Shown: positions 23,168-34,088 of the stretch, in pieces | How positions within the stretch are numbered: the stretch's first letter is position 1 | How the letters are laid out: each line of letters starts with the position of its first letter | Assembly: GCA_964019335.1 (NCBI GenBank) | Contig: OZ025650.1 | Span: forward strand, 682,001-746,000 | Direction of reading: 5' to 3' | From: Diplonema japonicum | Lineage: Eukaryota > Protista > Euglenozoa: Diplonemea | Length of the DNA: 64,000 nt | Translations under genes and position numbers: made by a program | Notes under the pieces: generated by a model | The model's database searches: none | The model's input: the letters and a program-made list of their open reading frames with translations, nothing else | Told to the model about the DNA's origin: nothing

Positions 23168-24925
23168 CCCCTAAACGCCCGGAGCCTATCTACGGTACCC
23201 CCCCATTTTCGTTGTTGCTTTGAATACTCAAAAAAAGGGCAGCATGCAACCATAGGAAGGTGCAAGGAAAGGGTAAACGGTACTAAAATTTTCAATTCCA
23301 GGTGCCAGATTCAGATGAGAACACTTAACTATATGTGTAAGAGGGGGGTTGAGGGTGTACTTTTTATGTCCGATTTTGGGGGGTCTTGTCGTGGGGGGTC
23401 CGTGGAGTTATGGCTGGGCTAAATAGGGCAGCATTCAGCCCTATTTGGTGCCCTGAATTCTAGGATTGAGGTCAGTCTGGAGACTTTTTGGGGCTGTGGG
23501 ATGAAAAAAGCAACTTGTGAGTTTTTTTTCCAGCTGGGGTAGCATGCAAGGATAAAAAACACGTTTTGCATAAGGGGGTTTTGCAACAGGGGCACCACGT
23601 TTGCCCTTCTTCCCGCACCCAGGAACAGCACAGAGCACCCTCCTCACCTTCGTTCCGTTCATCATGGTCTCGGTGGTGTGATTTAGGGTTAAATAGAGAC
23701 GTTTTGGGTATTTCTGAGTGAGGGAATCCTCATTGCTAGCGTGTTTGCGCTTGGGGGTCGGTGACGGTGTTGTCGGGGTGTGTGCTATCGGGTTTTGGGG
23801 CATGGGTGAGAAGCTTGCCAACAAGTTCTTCTTTGAAGCTCGGGAAGCCATAATTTTTGCCACATTCCTTGCTCTTCTTCCAGATTATGGAGGAGTTGGC
23901 AACACAGCTTTCCAGGACCCAATAAAAAACAACCATGGTCCACTTCCGGGTTTTCATATGCCGAACTCCAGTCCCCTGGAGCTGGTCTTGCCGGTCAGGG
24001 GTCGACAGCAAACCCTTAGGAGTCGACAGTACGCATGACTAGGTCCTGTGTTGTGGACTTCTTGCTGAAAATGTTGAAATTCGCAAGGTAACAGTTTTAT
24101 GAGTCGCATGTAGCTGTTTTTTCGTGGTGCCATGACTTTTATTGTTGTCGGGATAACACTGTCGTCAACAGACAACCACTTGCCAGGGGTCCGCACAGTC
24201 CTACACCGGTTGACAATGATGTCAAGAAACCTGCGCATGAGGCGCAGTTTCGGGCCTTATTGATGTTTCCAGGTTGTCAAAGGTGAGGTAGCGCTGTATG
24301 TCAACGAATCGGTTGCCTCATTTTCTTAAAAGCCGGGATGGTTAAAATAGAATCTGTTGTCCAGTAGCTCTTCATGTTCGGTGCCGAGCGTAAACCCATT
24401 AACAGGACCAACCCAAGCCAAATTTTGTACTCTGGGATGGAAAGATTCAGATTCCGCTGTTTTTTTGAATCGAAACGACCGTTCGTGGAAGAAACTATGA
24501 GCTCAAGTACCGCGTGTGTAAAAAAAAGACTAAAAACACCCTCCACATAGGCCCCTCCACCTAGAGGTGTCCTGAGCCCACCTTTTCACGGAAATGATAT
24601 GTTTTGGGCCTTTGGGAGTATTTCTCCCACCCAAGCATCGTTTCCGGCCCCTCTTTGACCGCCTCATCGTCTTTTTCTTCTTTATCTGACCAGTCGGGGG
24701 AGACTCACGTTTTCGCTGCTATTTTGACCATCTGATTTCATTTTAAGCCAACCCTGCCGGTTTCACTTAAAACAAAACTTTTAACGCAAAATGTAGTTCC
24801 AAGACAAAATAAACCGCGCAACAATGCCATATTTTGAAGTCCAGGGGCCGTGTTCAAAAAAAAGTACTTAGCGAAAAAGCAAATTTTGAAATAAGGACAA
24901 AAACGTCCGCGCGGGCGTTTAGGGG
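23168..24925 (-). mobile_element. decayed piggyBac-like transposon, 1758 bp
   Basis: 14-bp TIRs CCCCTAAACGCCCG (23168-23181) and CGGGCGTTTAGGGG (24912-24925); flanks are ATAA (left) and TTAA (right). Frameshifted transposase pieces include FSLFFT..LELIVSSTN, MGLRSAPNMKSYW, LSVDDSVIP, KWTMVVFYWVLE and a Cys-rich C-terminus. Confidence 0.88.
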
Positions 24926-25311
24926 TTAATTGCTATTTTACTACCAACAAGTCATTCTTGGCTTTAGGTACATCGTCTCTTTTTTTTTTTCATTCTTACT
25001 TTTTTTTTTCGCAACGCTCTGAATTCACTTTCACCGTGAAAGTGGAGAAGTAGACCACAGATGCCCCCCCGAGTGTGTCTAGCAATTTCAGAAAAGTGAA
25101 GGAAAAAAAGGAGGGGGGGAAAAAAAAAGAAACGCGAAATGACGTTTTTCAAACGGGGAGGGGGGGAAAAAAAAATCGACCTTTTTTTGTTTTCCCTTGT
25201 TGTTCCACTTTTTTTTTTTTTTTTTTTTTTTTTTGCTGAGCTGTTTAAAAAAAAATAATAATAATAATAATAATAATAGTAATAACAAAAAAAAGAGAGA
25301 GGGAGGGGGAA

Positions 25312-25848
25312 ATGTTCAATTGGTTGGTTGGCAGGTTCGTGAGGAAGCCGGATGTGGAAAATGTGGGTGATTCTGCGGAGGAGACGATGGAGAGCGCTGA
25401 AGTGAGCTTGAATGAGATTATAAGTTGTATAAAGAAGGCCGAGGCAGAGCTGAGTGAAATAGAGGAGAGAGAAGAATCGCTGAAGGAAGAAGGGGAAAAG
25501 CTGATGATGCAGTCCCACGACGAGATCGAAGGCGCCATCTCCACAAAAGGACAAAAACTGCTGGAGACAGAAGTAGCAAAAACCATAGCTCACGTTTCAC
25601 GCCACCGAGAAGCACACGAGCTTAAGATACTAAACCTTGAAATCCGAAAAGCTGCACTTCTGGGTGAACAACTCAAGGCTCAAGAACTGCTCCGAGACTT
25701 AGGCCGCACGGATCCTTTACAAGACATAGCAGTCCCAGCATACCCAGGAAGGGTGGTCTGTGAACCCAATGCAGAGGAGGAACAAGAAATGTTGATGAAA
25801 ACACCTGCTGAAGAAATTGAAAATGAAACGGCCAAGGTTGCGTGTTGA
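25312..25848 (+). CDS. hypothetical helical/coiled-coil protein
   Basis: 178-aa ORF with coding-like composition, lying downstream of a T-tract-AG and an A-rich leader. Confidence 0.7.
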   Translation: MFNWLVGRFVRKPDVENVGDSAEETMESAEVSLNEIISCIKKAEAELSEIEEREESLKEEGEKLMMQSHDEIEGAISTKGQKLLETEVAKTIAHVSRHREAHELKILNLEIRKAALLGEQLKAQELLRDLGRTDPLQDIAVPAYPGRVVCEPNAEEEQEMLMKTPAEEIENETAKVAC

Positions 25849-26175
25849 AAGAAAATGAAATAGAAAAAAGGGAGGGAAAAAAAAAATAGAAAGGGCGGTT
25901 TTTTTTTTTTTTTCTTTTTTTTCTTTCTGTGTCTCTCGCTTTCCCCTCCCCTTTTTTTTCCCTCTCTTTTGTGCCTGTTGTAAACCTCTTAAAGCGGGGG
26001 AACATTATATCAGGGACAAAATTAGAAGGGAAAAAAAAAGGGGGGTTTTACAGAATCCTCCCCCCCCCTTTTTTTTCTTCACACGCTCATGGTTCTTTGT
26101 TTTTTAAAAAAAAAGATTCTTTGGAAAAATAAAAAAAATTAAAAAAAAAGAGGGAGAAAGAGAAGGCGCGAACCC

Positions 26176-27264
26176 ATGCCGATCTACCCTGCCCGCCACT
26201 GGACAAGGCTCAATGCCAAGTACATACAATGTGATGTTTGTCCGAATTTTTGCAAATTGAAAGAAGGGAAGCGGGGCCGGTGTTATGTGAGGGGGAACGA
26301 AGCCGGCAGGATGGCACTCTACACTGATGGAAAGACAAGTGGGGTCTGTGTGGACCCGATTGAGAAAAAACCTCTGAACCACTTCTTGCCCGGGACGAGG
26401 GTGCTGAGCTTCGGGACGATTGGGTGCAACCTGAGCTGCAAGTTCTGTCAAAACTGGCATATATCCCACTCGAAAGAAGACGACAAGCTCTACCAGGAAG
26501 TCACTCCCGAGTCGCTGGTGAAGGCAGCAAAGCGTCACAAATGCGAATCGATAGCCTTCACCTACAACGATCCTGTTATATTCATGGAGTTCGCATTGCA
26601 GGTTGCAAAGCAAGCTAGAGAAGAAAACATCAAGACAGTCGCAGTCACAGCAGGCTTCATGACGAAGGATGCAGGGAGGGAGTTCGCACAGGGTATTGAC
26701 GGCTTTAATGTCGATTTGAAGGCCTTTACGCAAGGGTTTTATTCAAAGGTTTGCAACGCCAAGCTGCAGCCTGTCTTAGACACGCTCCTGCTGATCAAGG
26801 AGGAAGGGAAATGGGTCGAGATCACGACTCTGCTGATCCCTGGTGAGAACGACTCCCCTGAGGAGATCCGAGGCCTGTCCCGATGGGTTGCTTCCAACCT
26901 CGGGAAGGATACTCCTGTTCACTTCACGGCCTTCCATCCTGATGGTGTCATGCTGACTACCCCTCGCACCCCTCCCTCGACCCTCATCTCTGCCGTGTCT
27001 ATCGCCCGTTCTGAAGGCCTTCTATATGTCTACACGGGGAACGTGCACTCGCCTCTCACCCAGTCCACCTTCTGCCCTTCATGCAACACGTGCCTCATAT
27101 CTCGAGATTGGCATGACACGCATATCAACCCGGAGGTCGTGTTCCCAGAACGAAACCATGGACACATGGGATGCCCTTCGTGCGGGGACACTATCCCTGG
27201 AGTCTTCTCCAAAAGGCAGTACAACGATGCCACTATCGACAGGCCCTTCAGGGTGATCTTGTGA
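26176..27264 (+). CDS. amrS: AmmeMemoRadiSam-system radical SAM enzyme (prokaryote-type, PflA-like superfamily)
   Basis: N-terminal QCDVCPNFCKLKEGKRGRCYVR, then VDPIEKKPLNHFLPG, the CX3CX2C motif GCNLSCKFCQNW, IAFTYNDP, NVDLKAF, HFTAFHPD, YVYTGNV and C-terminal CPSC...CPSC; intronless. Confidence 0.9.
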   Translation: MPIYPARHWTRLNAKYIQCDVCPNFCKLKEGKRGRCYVRGNEAGRMALYTDGKTSGVCVDPIEKKPLNHFLPGTRVLSFGTIGCNLSCKFCQNWHISHSKEDDKLYQEVTPESLVKAAKRHKCESIAFTYNDPVIFMEFALQVAKQAREENIKTVAVTAGFMTKDAGREFAQGIDGFNVDLKAFTQGFYSKVCNAKLQPVLDTLLLIKEEGKWVEITTLLIPGENDSPEEIRGLSRWVASNLGKDTPVHFTAFHPDGVMLTTPRTPPSTLISAVSIARSEGLLYVYTGNVHSPLTQSTFCPSCNTCLISRDWHDTHINPEVVFPERNHGHMGCPSCGDTIPGVFSKRQYNDATIDRPFRVIL

Positions 27265-27467
27265 TGCTGCGCGGTGGAGTTGTGCGTCTATCGACACACC
27301 TGACCTTGTGATGTTTGTGTTTAGTTTGATTTTTTTTTTCTTTTTTTTTCTTTTTTCCATTGAGGAAAGTGGAGGAGAAAATGAACAAATTACAGGAGAG
27401 AGGGAAGGCTGGAAGGCCGTTTTGAAAACACCACACAAAAAGAACTTATAAAAAAAAAAAACGAGAA

Positions 27468-29131
27468 ATGCCGAAAAAAATAGGAAAGTATGAACTGGGG
27501 AAGACGCTGGGCGTGGGGACCTTTTCAAAGGTAAAGCATGGGACGGACACCGAGGCCGGCGGGTGTTACGCCATTAAGGTACGCGAGAAGAGAAAAAAAA
27601 AAAGAAGAACAAAATAATTGTTTTTATTCCACAGATTATTGATAAAGCTCAGCTGGCGAAGGAACACATGGAGGAGCAGTTGAAGAGAGAGATCGCGGTG
27701 ATGAAATTGCTGCGGCATGAGAACATTGTGCAGTTGAAGGAGGTGCTGCAGACGCAGAAGCATATTTATTTGATACTGGAACTGATCACTGGAGGGGAAC
27801 TTTTTGACAAGATTGTGGCAGCGAAACGATTTGATGAATCAACAGCAAGAAGGTATTTCCAGCAGCTCATCATGGGAGTGTTCTACTGCCACCAGCAGGG
27901 CATCGCCCACAGGGACTTAAAACCAGAAAACCTGCTGCTTGATTCCAATGATGTCCTGAAAATATCCGATTTCGGTCTCTCTAACCTTCAACGAGGCGGT
28001 GTAGGGGGCGGAAGCACCCTCCTCCAGACCGTCTGCGGCACCCCCAACTACGTTGCCCCCGAAGTCCTTAAAGAAAAAGGCTACAATGGGATCACCGCGG
28101 ATATTTGGTATATAAGTTTTTCCAAGGGGTGACAAAAAAAAAAATAAATAAAACAAGGTCGTGCGGTGTGATCCTTTTTGTGATGCTTGCAGGGTACCTC
28201 CCCTTTGACGATCCTAACATGAACGCATTATTCAACAAAATCGAAAGGGGTGAGTACAGGATGGCAAGGTACTTCACTGAACAGGTATTTCTTTTTTTTT
28301 CCTTTTTTTTTTTCTCTCTCTCAAAAAAAAAAAAGGCCAAAAGTTTAATAGCAAAAATGCTTGTCATCGAACCCGAGAAGCGAGCGACCTTAAACGATGT
28401 ATGTAGTGAATAAAACCGGGATAGGGAAACTTTTTTTTTAAAAGGTGATTTCAGACCCGTGGTTCAAGGTTGGTTTCGATGAATCATTGCTGGAAAAATA
28501 CAGAGGGAAAACGGTATGATTTTTTTTTTTTTTTCTTTTTCCAAAAAAAAAAAATTTTTTTTTTAACCCCAAGGTGTCCGTCTCATCAACACAAGTCCAA
28601 GGGGCTGTCAGCAATGTTACAGAGAGCAGCGATGCTCAACCTTCAAGCCCGAACGCTATCGACGGCCTGAAGGGTCTGGATGCTTTCGATTTAGTGCAGA
28701 AGCTGATGAGTAGGTCGTTGGGCCTGTACACAAATAACGATTCCAGCACTTACCTTGCTGCTGAGATGAAGAAGATACGGATTTGTGTGGGGATGGACGT
28801 TGGGAGGGCGATAAAGGTAATGAACCACAGAAAAAAAAAAAAAAAAAAAAAAAAACAGCACGTCTTTGAAACTCTCATCGAGCTGAAAGGAAACCCGAAA
28901 CGTAAAGAGTCTTCTCTGGAAATCAAAGGTTTCTGCAATTCGTCCCGTGGCTTGCTCACTTACGTTGTGAACGCCACCCCTCTGGCTACCACCGAATGGA
29001 CTTTCTTCGAATTTAAACGGGGTCGGGGTGACACAATGGATTTCCACAAGTTCTACCGCTCGGTAGTTGCCCGTTTGGGGTCATCCGTGATTTCCAAGGA
29101 ATGTGGTTCATTGTTCCCTGTGTCAGGGTGA
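27468..29131 (+). CDS. CIPK/SnRK-like (CAMK group) Ser/Thr kinase with NAF-like motif, 452 aa, 6 introns
   Basis: Introns 27579-27634, 28108-28157, 28285-28335, 28399-28444, 28514-28573 and 28817-28858 give [23 protein letters not shown]...AIK|[28 protein letters not shown]|[18 protein letters not shown] and LDAFDLV. Confidence 0.92.
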
Positions 29132-29985
29132 ACTGGGAAGGGATTAAGTGTTTACACTTTTTTTTTTTTTTTTTTTTTTGTTTGTTTGTTTGTTTTATAA
29201 TTTTTTTTTTGAAAAGAAAAAAAAGGAGAGAGAATAACAAAAAAATATAGGTACCCCCCCCCTCATTTTCTTTTTTGTGCGAAGATTTTCTTTTTTTTTA
29301 GAACGGAAGAAAAAAGATAAAATAAAAAAAAATAGAAAGAAACATCGCAGTTGTTTGAAGGTAACGTTGAAATATTTTTTTATAATGATAAGAGAAGACT
29401 TTAAAAAGAGATAAGAGAGGGAATAAGGAAGAAAAAAAAAAAACAAAAAAGTGAATAATTTAAAAAGAAGAGAGGAGGCCCAACCCCGCTTTCTGCGTTC
29501 TTTTTATTTTATTTTTCTCAACATTTTTTTTTTTTCAGTTCCTTTCCCCCTTTCCTTTTTTTCTCACTCAACAACATTTCTTTTTTAAACGCCCTCTTTC
29601 CTGCCCACTTCCGTGAAAACCACCTTCCGTAAGATATTAACTCTTGTTGGGTGGAATAACAAAAAGAGGGGCTGGAAAAAAAAAAAAAAACAGAAGAAAA
29701 AGGCAAAGGAAGAGGAAAGCACGCTCTTATCTCTCCCTCCCCTTGTGAAGCACCACTGTACCTTTATAACACCACACACGCTCTCACACGACGGTGCGGT
29801 CGATAAGATAAAAAACTCTTTTTTTTCATACCCCCCCTTTCCCGTTTCGCGACTTCCTTATTCCCTTCGCCCCCCCCCCCCCCCCCCTCTCCAATTCCAT
29901 GCACTTTTTCGGAGCCTTTCGGTTTACATACAAGAAATGCAAACGAACCAGCAGCAAAGCGAAGGAGTCTCCAAATAAAAAGAAT

Positions 29986-31314
29986 ATGTTAGACATTCTA
30001 ATCTACTCCACTGTGGTGCACTGCAAGGATGACCCTATTGGCGAGATCGAGATTCTTGAAAACATGGCGGTTGGAGTGAAGAATGGGGCGATCGTGTTCG
30101 TAACGAAAGAAAATGAATCCCACAACGAAGAGGCAGAGGAGACAATAAAAATTGAAAAACCAGGGTTTTTGTGCCCCGGAATGGTCGACACACATTTCCA
30201 CGCCCCACAGGATGAGTACAAGGGGACGGGGCTGGACCTTCCTGTGATGGACTGGTTGCAGAAGTACACGTTCCCAGCAGAGATGCGTATTTCCGACATT
30301 GAGACTGCAAGGAAGGAGTACAGCCGTGTGGTGTCCACCACCTTGCGCAACGGGACGACCACATGTGTGTACTTCGCGTCCATCCACACAGAAGGGTCGG
30401 TGATCCTCGCAGAAGAGTGTTTGAAGCAAGGCCAGCGTGCCTTCGTAGGCAAGGTCTCAATGGACAGGAACAGCCCAGACGGCTATGTCGAGGCAGACTC
30501 CGTCAACGAGTTCAAACGTTTTCTGGAAAAATTTCCCACAGGCAACCCCGAGCTTGTACAGCCTATCGTCACACCGCGATTCGTCCCGACATGCAGCCAA
30601 GAGAGCCTCAAGGGTTTAGGGGAGGTGAAGAAGGAAAGAAAACTGAGGATGACGACCCACGTGGCAGAGTCGATCGATGAGGTGATGTTCTGCCAGGCTT
30701 TGAAGGCTGCACACGGTGGCGAGGAACGTGATCTTGCGATTCTTGATGATGCAGGTCTGCTTGAGGGTTCTATCTTGGCACACGCCGTGCACCTCTCTGA
30801 TGAGGAGTTAAAAACATGCCGAGACAGGGGCGCGGCCATCGCACACTGCCCGTTGTCAAATTGCTACTTTGGGCACTCTGTCCTTCGCGTCAAGGAGGCT
30901 CTTTCCCTAGGTGTGGCTGTTGGTCTTGCCACTGATGTTGCAGGTGGCTACGACCCTTCTATGCTGAGCGCCATACGGCACGCCATGACCTCGTCCCACC
31001 TACTTTCAACTGGTGTCGACAAGTACCTTACCACTCCAGGTGCTGCACTCGCTGTCAAGGATGCCCATACCGTATCCTTTGGAACAGCCTTCTACTTGGC
31101 TACGCTCGGTGGCGCTCGGTGCACGCAGACCGCTCGTATTGGTGCCATCCGTGCAGGGTACTGTTTTGACGCCTTGTGGGTGGACCCCCTGGCAGTGCCT
31201 TACAGACTACATGTTGCTGCCTCTGACTCTGTTTTAGAGGTTTTCCAAAAATGGCTGCATTTGGGGGACGACAGGTGTTTGAAAAAGGTTTGGGTTGATG
31301 GGCGGGCCGTGTGA
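29986..31314 (+). CDS. GDA: guanine deaminase (amidohydrolase superfamily)
   Basis: PGMVDTHFHAPQ, WLQKYTFPAE, LRNGTTT, TPRFVPTCS, THVAES, AHAVHL, HCPLSN and GLATDVAGG motifs. Confidence 0.93.
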   Translation: MLDILIYSTVVHCKDDPIGEIEILENMAVGVKNGAIVFVTKENESHNEEAEETIKIEKPGFLCPGMVDTHFHAPQDEYKGTGLDLPVMDWLQKYTFPAEMRISDIETARKEYSRVVSTTLRNGTTTCVYFASIHTEGSVILAEECLKQGQRAFVGKVSMDRNSPDGYVEADSVNEFKRFLEKFPTGNPELVQPIVTPRFVPTCSQESLKGLGEVKKERKLRMTTHVAESIDEVMFCQALKAAHGGEERDLAILDDAGLLEGSILAHAVHLSDEELKTCRDRGAAIAHCPLSNCYFGHSVLRVKEALSLGVAVGLATDVAGGYDPSMLSAIRHAMTSSHLLSTGVDKYLTTPGAALAVKDAHTVSFGTAFYLATLGGARCTQTARIGAIRAGYCFDALWVDPLAVPYRLHVAASDSVLEVFQKWLHLGDDRCLKKVWVDGRAV

Positions 31315-31450
31315 AGGGGTTTTCCATTTGAGTGACACGGTGCCGTTACGAACGATTTCTTTTTTCTTTTTTTTTACGGCATACAGTCATGAAGAATTAT
31401 TAAGGTTGGGAGGAAGGAGAGAGAGAAAAAAAAAAGAAGAAAAAAAAGAG

Positions 31451-31855
31451 ATGTCGGCAACACCACCCAACCTCATAGTCCTCATGAGCTTCAACCCTCC
31501 AAACATCACTCTGATCGGTGCAATTAAAGAGAGAACCGTAATGCATCTGAACGAAGTCCTCCCCGCAGAGTGCACAACATCAAAAGAAGGAAGGCGGCCA
31601 CCTCCCGTTTTTAAGAAAAAAACTCAGGCATCCAGCGGTTTGGAATATTGGAATGTGGAGTTGTCGGGGCAATTTTGCGATCAGATGGGAGTGTCGAAAT
31701 TGTTTATTGTGCTTTTTGATGCTCTGGAAGAAGAAGGTATATCCCCCCCTTTCCCATCTTCTACTTTGTTCTTAGGCCGTTGGATTCTAAAGGACACAAA
31801 CGCGCTGACCACCGACCGAGAAACTTACAAATTCTTCTTTGTAAAAAGAATGTGA
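31451..31855 (+). CDS. small conserved-looking hypothetical protein
   Basis: ATG at 31451 after an A-tract; probable in-frame intron 31737-31775 (39 nt) giving EEEG|RWILKD. Confidence 0.7.
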   Translation: MSATPPNLIVLMSFNPPNITLIGAIKERTVMHLNEVLPAECTTSKEGRRPPPVFKKKTQASSGLEYWNVELSGQFCDQMGVSKLFIVLFDALEEEGISPPFPSSTLFLGRWILKDTNALTTDRETYKFFFVKRM

Positions 31856-32069
31856 GAAGTGAAGGAAAAGGGAAAGAGAAAGGCTGCAATGCTATTACAC
31901 GTAATTCGTTTTTTTTTTTTCCCCTTTTTTTCTTAATACAATTCCTATTCGCGTTGCCCATTGCGAAGAAAGAAGAAGAAAAAAAAAAAGAGAAACGCCC
32001 CAAACAAAAAAAGAAAACATGATACGATAAGGAGAAACGGGTAAGTAAAATAAAAGGAAATAGTAAGCA

Positions 32070-33350
32070 ATGCTCGCACGGAGTGCTTCAAAGCATGCAA
32101 AACAATTTTGGAGAGAGAAGACACATCAAGCGAAACCGGTGAACTTAAAACACGAAGAATGGAAATTTAGTAGCGATAGACCGGTTTTAAAAGCCAGGCG
32201 TAATCCAGACACAACGCTACGCAACAAGAACGCCAGGAAGGCGATGGGGGAAAAGTTGTATCAAAGTGGAACAGATCGTGGTGCATCTGGGAAGACGGAC
32301 CGTGAAACGGCAAAGGTTCTTCTGGAAAAGTACGGGAAAAGATCGAAAAGTATAAAGGCAGCGAGTCTTCAGAAACCTTCGAGGGCCGAGATCAGGGTGA
32401 TGTTGGGGGAGATCTCCGCTGACTTGAGTGAGTACAAAGCGACAGGCCACGACATTGGTGTCAAAACACTCGCAGTTGTCCTCTACCCGCTGGCAAAGTT
32501 GGGACTGGTCCACTCTATGAAACAAATTCTAGTCGATTACCACTCCTCCACCACTGAGGAATCTCAAGCATTGCCGGCCAACCTCGACCTCCTTTTGTTC
32601 AAAGGTATTGCGCGCAACAGAGAAACCGAATTTCAACAATTTGAAGAATACTGGGAAAGCCTTGTAAAAAGAAGGCACAACACACGAGAAGCGTATCTCG
32701 TGTATCTCAACAAAATCTGCGGGTCGGGCTTCCCAGGAAGGAACGAGAAGAAAAAACAGATTTTAGAAGACATGAAACAAGCTGGCATGCGGTTTGATGA
32801 TGAAATCTACTCAATTCTCCTCAAAAGCTGTGAGGGCTTCGAAGAAGGCGTACGGGTTGTTGAAAAGATCAAAAACATAACCGCGCCAACATTTTGTGTT
32901 TTGTTAGAGGTTTCAAGCAGGAAAACAGGGTCGAAGGGAGCCGAGCAAGTCTTTGAACTGATGAAATCCCTCGGCAAACGCCCCGCTCCCATGCATTACA
33001 ACATCTTGCTGAAGCACTACAAGGACGAACGGAACCATGCAGGGGTCGTTCGAACTTTTCAAGCTCTTTCTTCCTCCGCCGATATCATCTCAAAAACCAT
33101 CCTGCTTAAATACTGCAGGGACAGCATCACCGCCCCCCACGACCAGTTTGACACCCTCGCTCATGAAGTACTGCCGGGGGTTTCCTTCACAACACCATTG
33201 ATGCTTAAGAGCATCTTTGCAGTGATACACGCTAAAGCGGGAAGAAAAGACGACGCCATTCACTTGTACAACTCGACAGTCAACAGCGACAAGAAGACGA
33301 AACGTATCATGGACGAGGACCTACACGCGGCTGGGGTGGTGCTATTCTGA
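32070..33350 (+). CDS. pentatricopeptide-repeat-like protein, probably mitochondrial
   Basis: Basic N-terminus (MLARSASKHAK). PPR-like units: ILEDMKQAGMRFDDEIYSILLKSC and VFELMKSLGKRPAPMHYNILLKHY. Confidence 0.75.
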   Translation: MLARSASKHAKQFWREKTHQAKPVNLKHEEWKFSSDRPVLKARRNPDTTLRNKNARKAMGEKLYQSGTDRGASGKTDRETAKVLLEKYGKRSKSIKAASLQKPSRAEIRVMLGEISADLSEYKATGHDIGVKTLAVVLYPLAKLGLVHSMKQILVDYHSSTTEESQALPANLDLLLFKGIARNRETEFQQFEEYWESLVKRRHNTREAYLVYLNKICGSGFPGRNEKKKQILEDMKQAGMRFDDEIYSILLKSCEGFEEGVRVVEKIKNITAPTFCVLLEVSSRKTGSKGAEQVFELMKSLGKRPAPMHYNILLKHYKDERNHAGVVRTFQALSSSADIISKTILLKYCRDSITAPHDQFDTLAHEVLPGVSFTTPLMLKSIFAVIHAKAGRKDDAIHLYNSTVNSDKKTKRIMDEDLHAAGVVLF

Positions 33351-33435
33351 GATTTTATTACAGCTTGGCTTTAAATTTAGCTTAAATTCAAGCTAAACAA
33401 AAGGTTCGGGGTACAAAAAAAAAAGCAGAATAAAT

Positions 33436-33906
33436 ATGGGCGGCCCCTGTACGTGCGATGGCAAGGTGTGGCACAGTATGGACAATTTCTCGAAGACTCC
33501 CTTCATGCTTGATGGGAAGACCTGGATCAGTCCCGAGCAGTATTTCCAAGCAAAGAAATTCACCGACGCAGGTTACATTGAAAAAATTCGTAAAGAAACA
33601 GAAGGGAACGCACAATGGGTACTCGGGCAGAAGCGGTGTGTGCCCATCGTGACCAACTGGGAGGAGGTCAAGGTGGATGTCATGTACGATGGGAACAAAG
33701 CAAAGTTCGAACAGAACCCGGAGTGCATGGTGGAGCTGCTCTCCACAAAAGGGCCCATCAAGGCGGTAGGGTTTGCCTTCTGGGTCAAATGGAACCAACT
33801 GATCTTGGAGAGGATAAGAGAGGAATCGAGACCGGAGCCGGACCAGGAAAGAGTATTACACTACAGGAAGCTGTTCGACAATTACAGAGCAGCGAACAAG
33901 AAATGA
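33436..33906 (+). CDS. NADAR family (YbiA-like) protein
   Basis: NFSKTPFMLDGKTWISPEQYFQAKKF and WEEVKVDVMYDGNKAKFEQNPE..LLST...ILERIRE motifs. Confidence 0.85.
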   Translation: MGGPCTCDGKVWHSMDNFSKTPFMLDGKTWISPEQYFQAKKFTDAGYIEKIRKETEGNAQWVLGQKRCVPIVTNWEEVKVDVMYDGNKAKFEQNPECMVELLSTKGPIKAVGFAFWVKWNQLILERIREESRPEPDQERVLHYRKLFDNYRAANKK

Positions 33907-34088
33907 TGAGATGTATTTTACAATTACAACCCGTATCCATCTAAAGGCTGCTAAACGTTTAGAGTCTACCCTTGCCTTTGCAGACAGTCCCAAGTGGGAC
34001 TGTCCTTTCTTTTTTTACGTCGTTCCATTTCGGTTAACTATCTTATTCTTCTTTCGCATAAAAATCACTTAACACACCAAAAGGGACA

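Noticed and set aside
23680-23692. TTTAGGGTTAAA telomere-like word
   Set aside because: A single unit inside the piggyBac relic, not an array.
25312-25848. Snf7/ESCRT-III-like appearance of the small helical protein
   Set aside because: Only generic coiled-coil similarity; no diagnostic motif recognised.
26176-33906. amrS, guanine deaminase and NADAR as a functional nucleotide-metabolism cluster
   Set aside because: Interspersed with unrelated genes; gene order in directional arrays is generally not functional.
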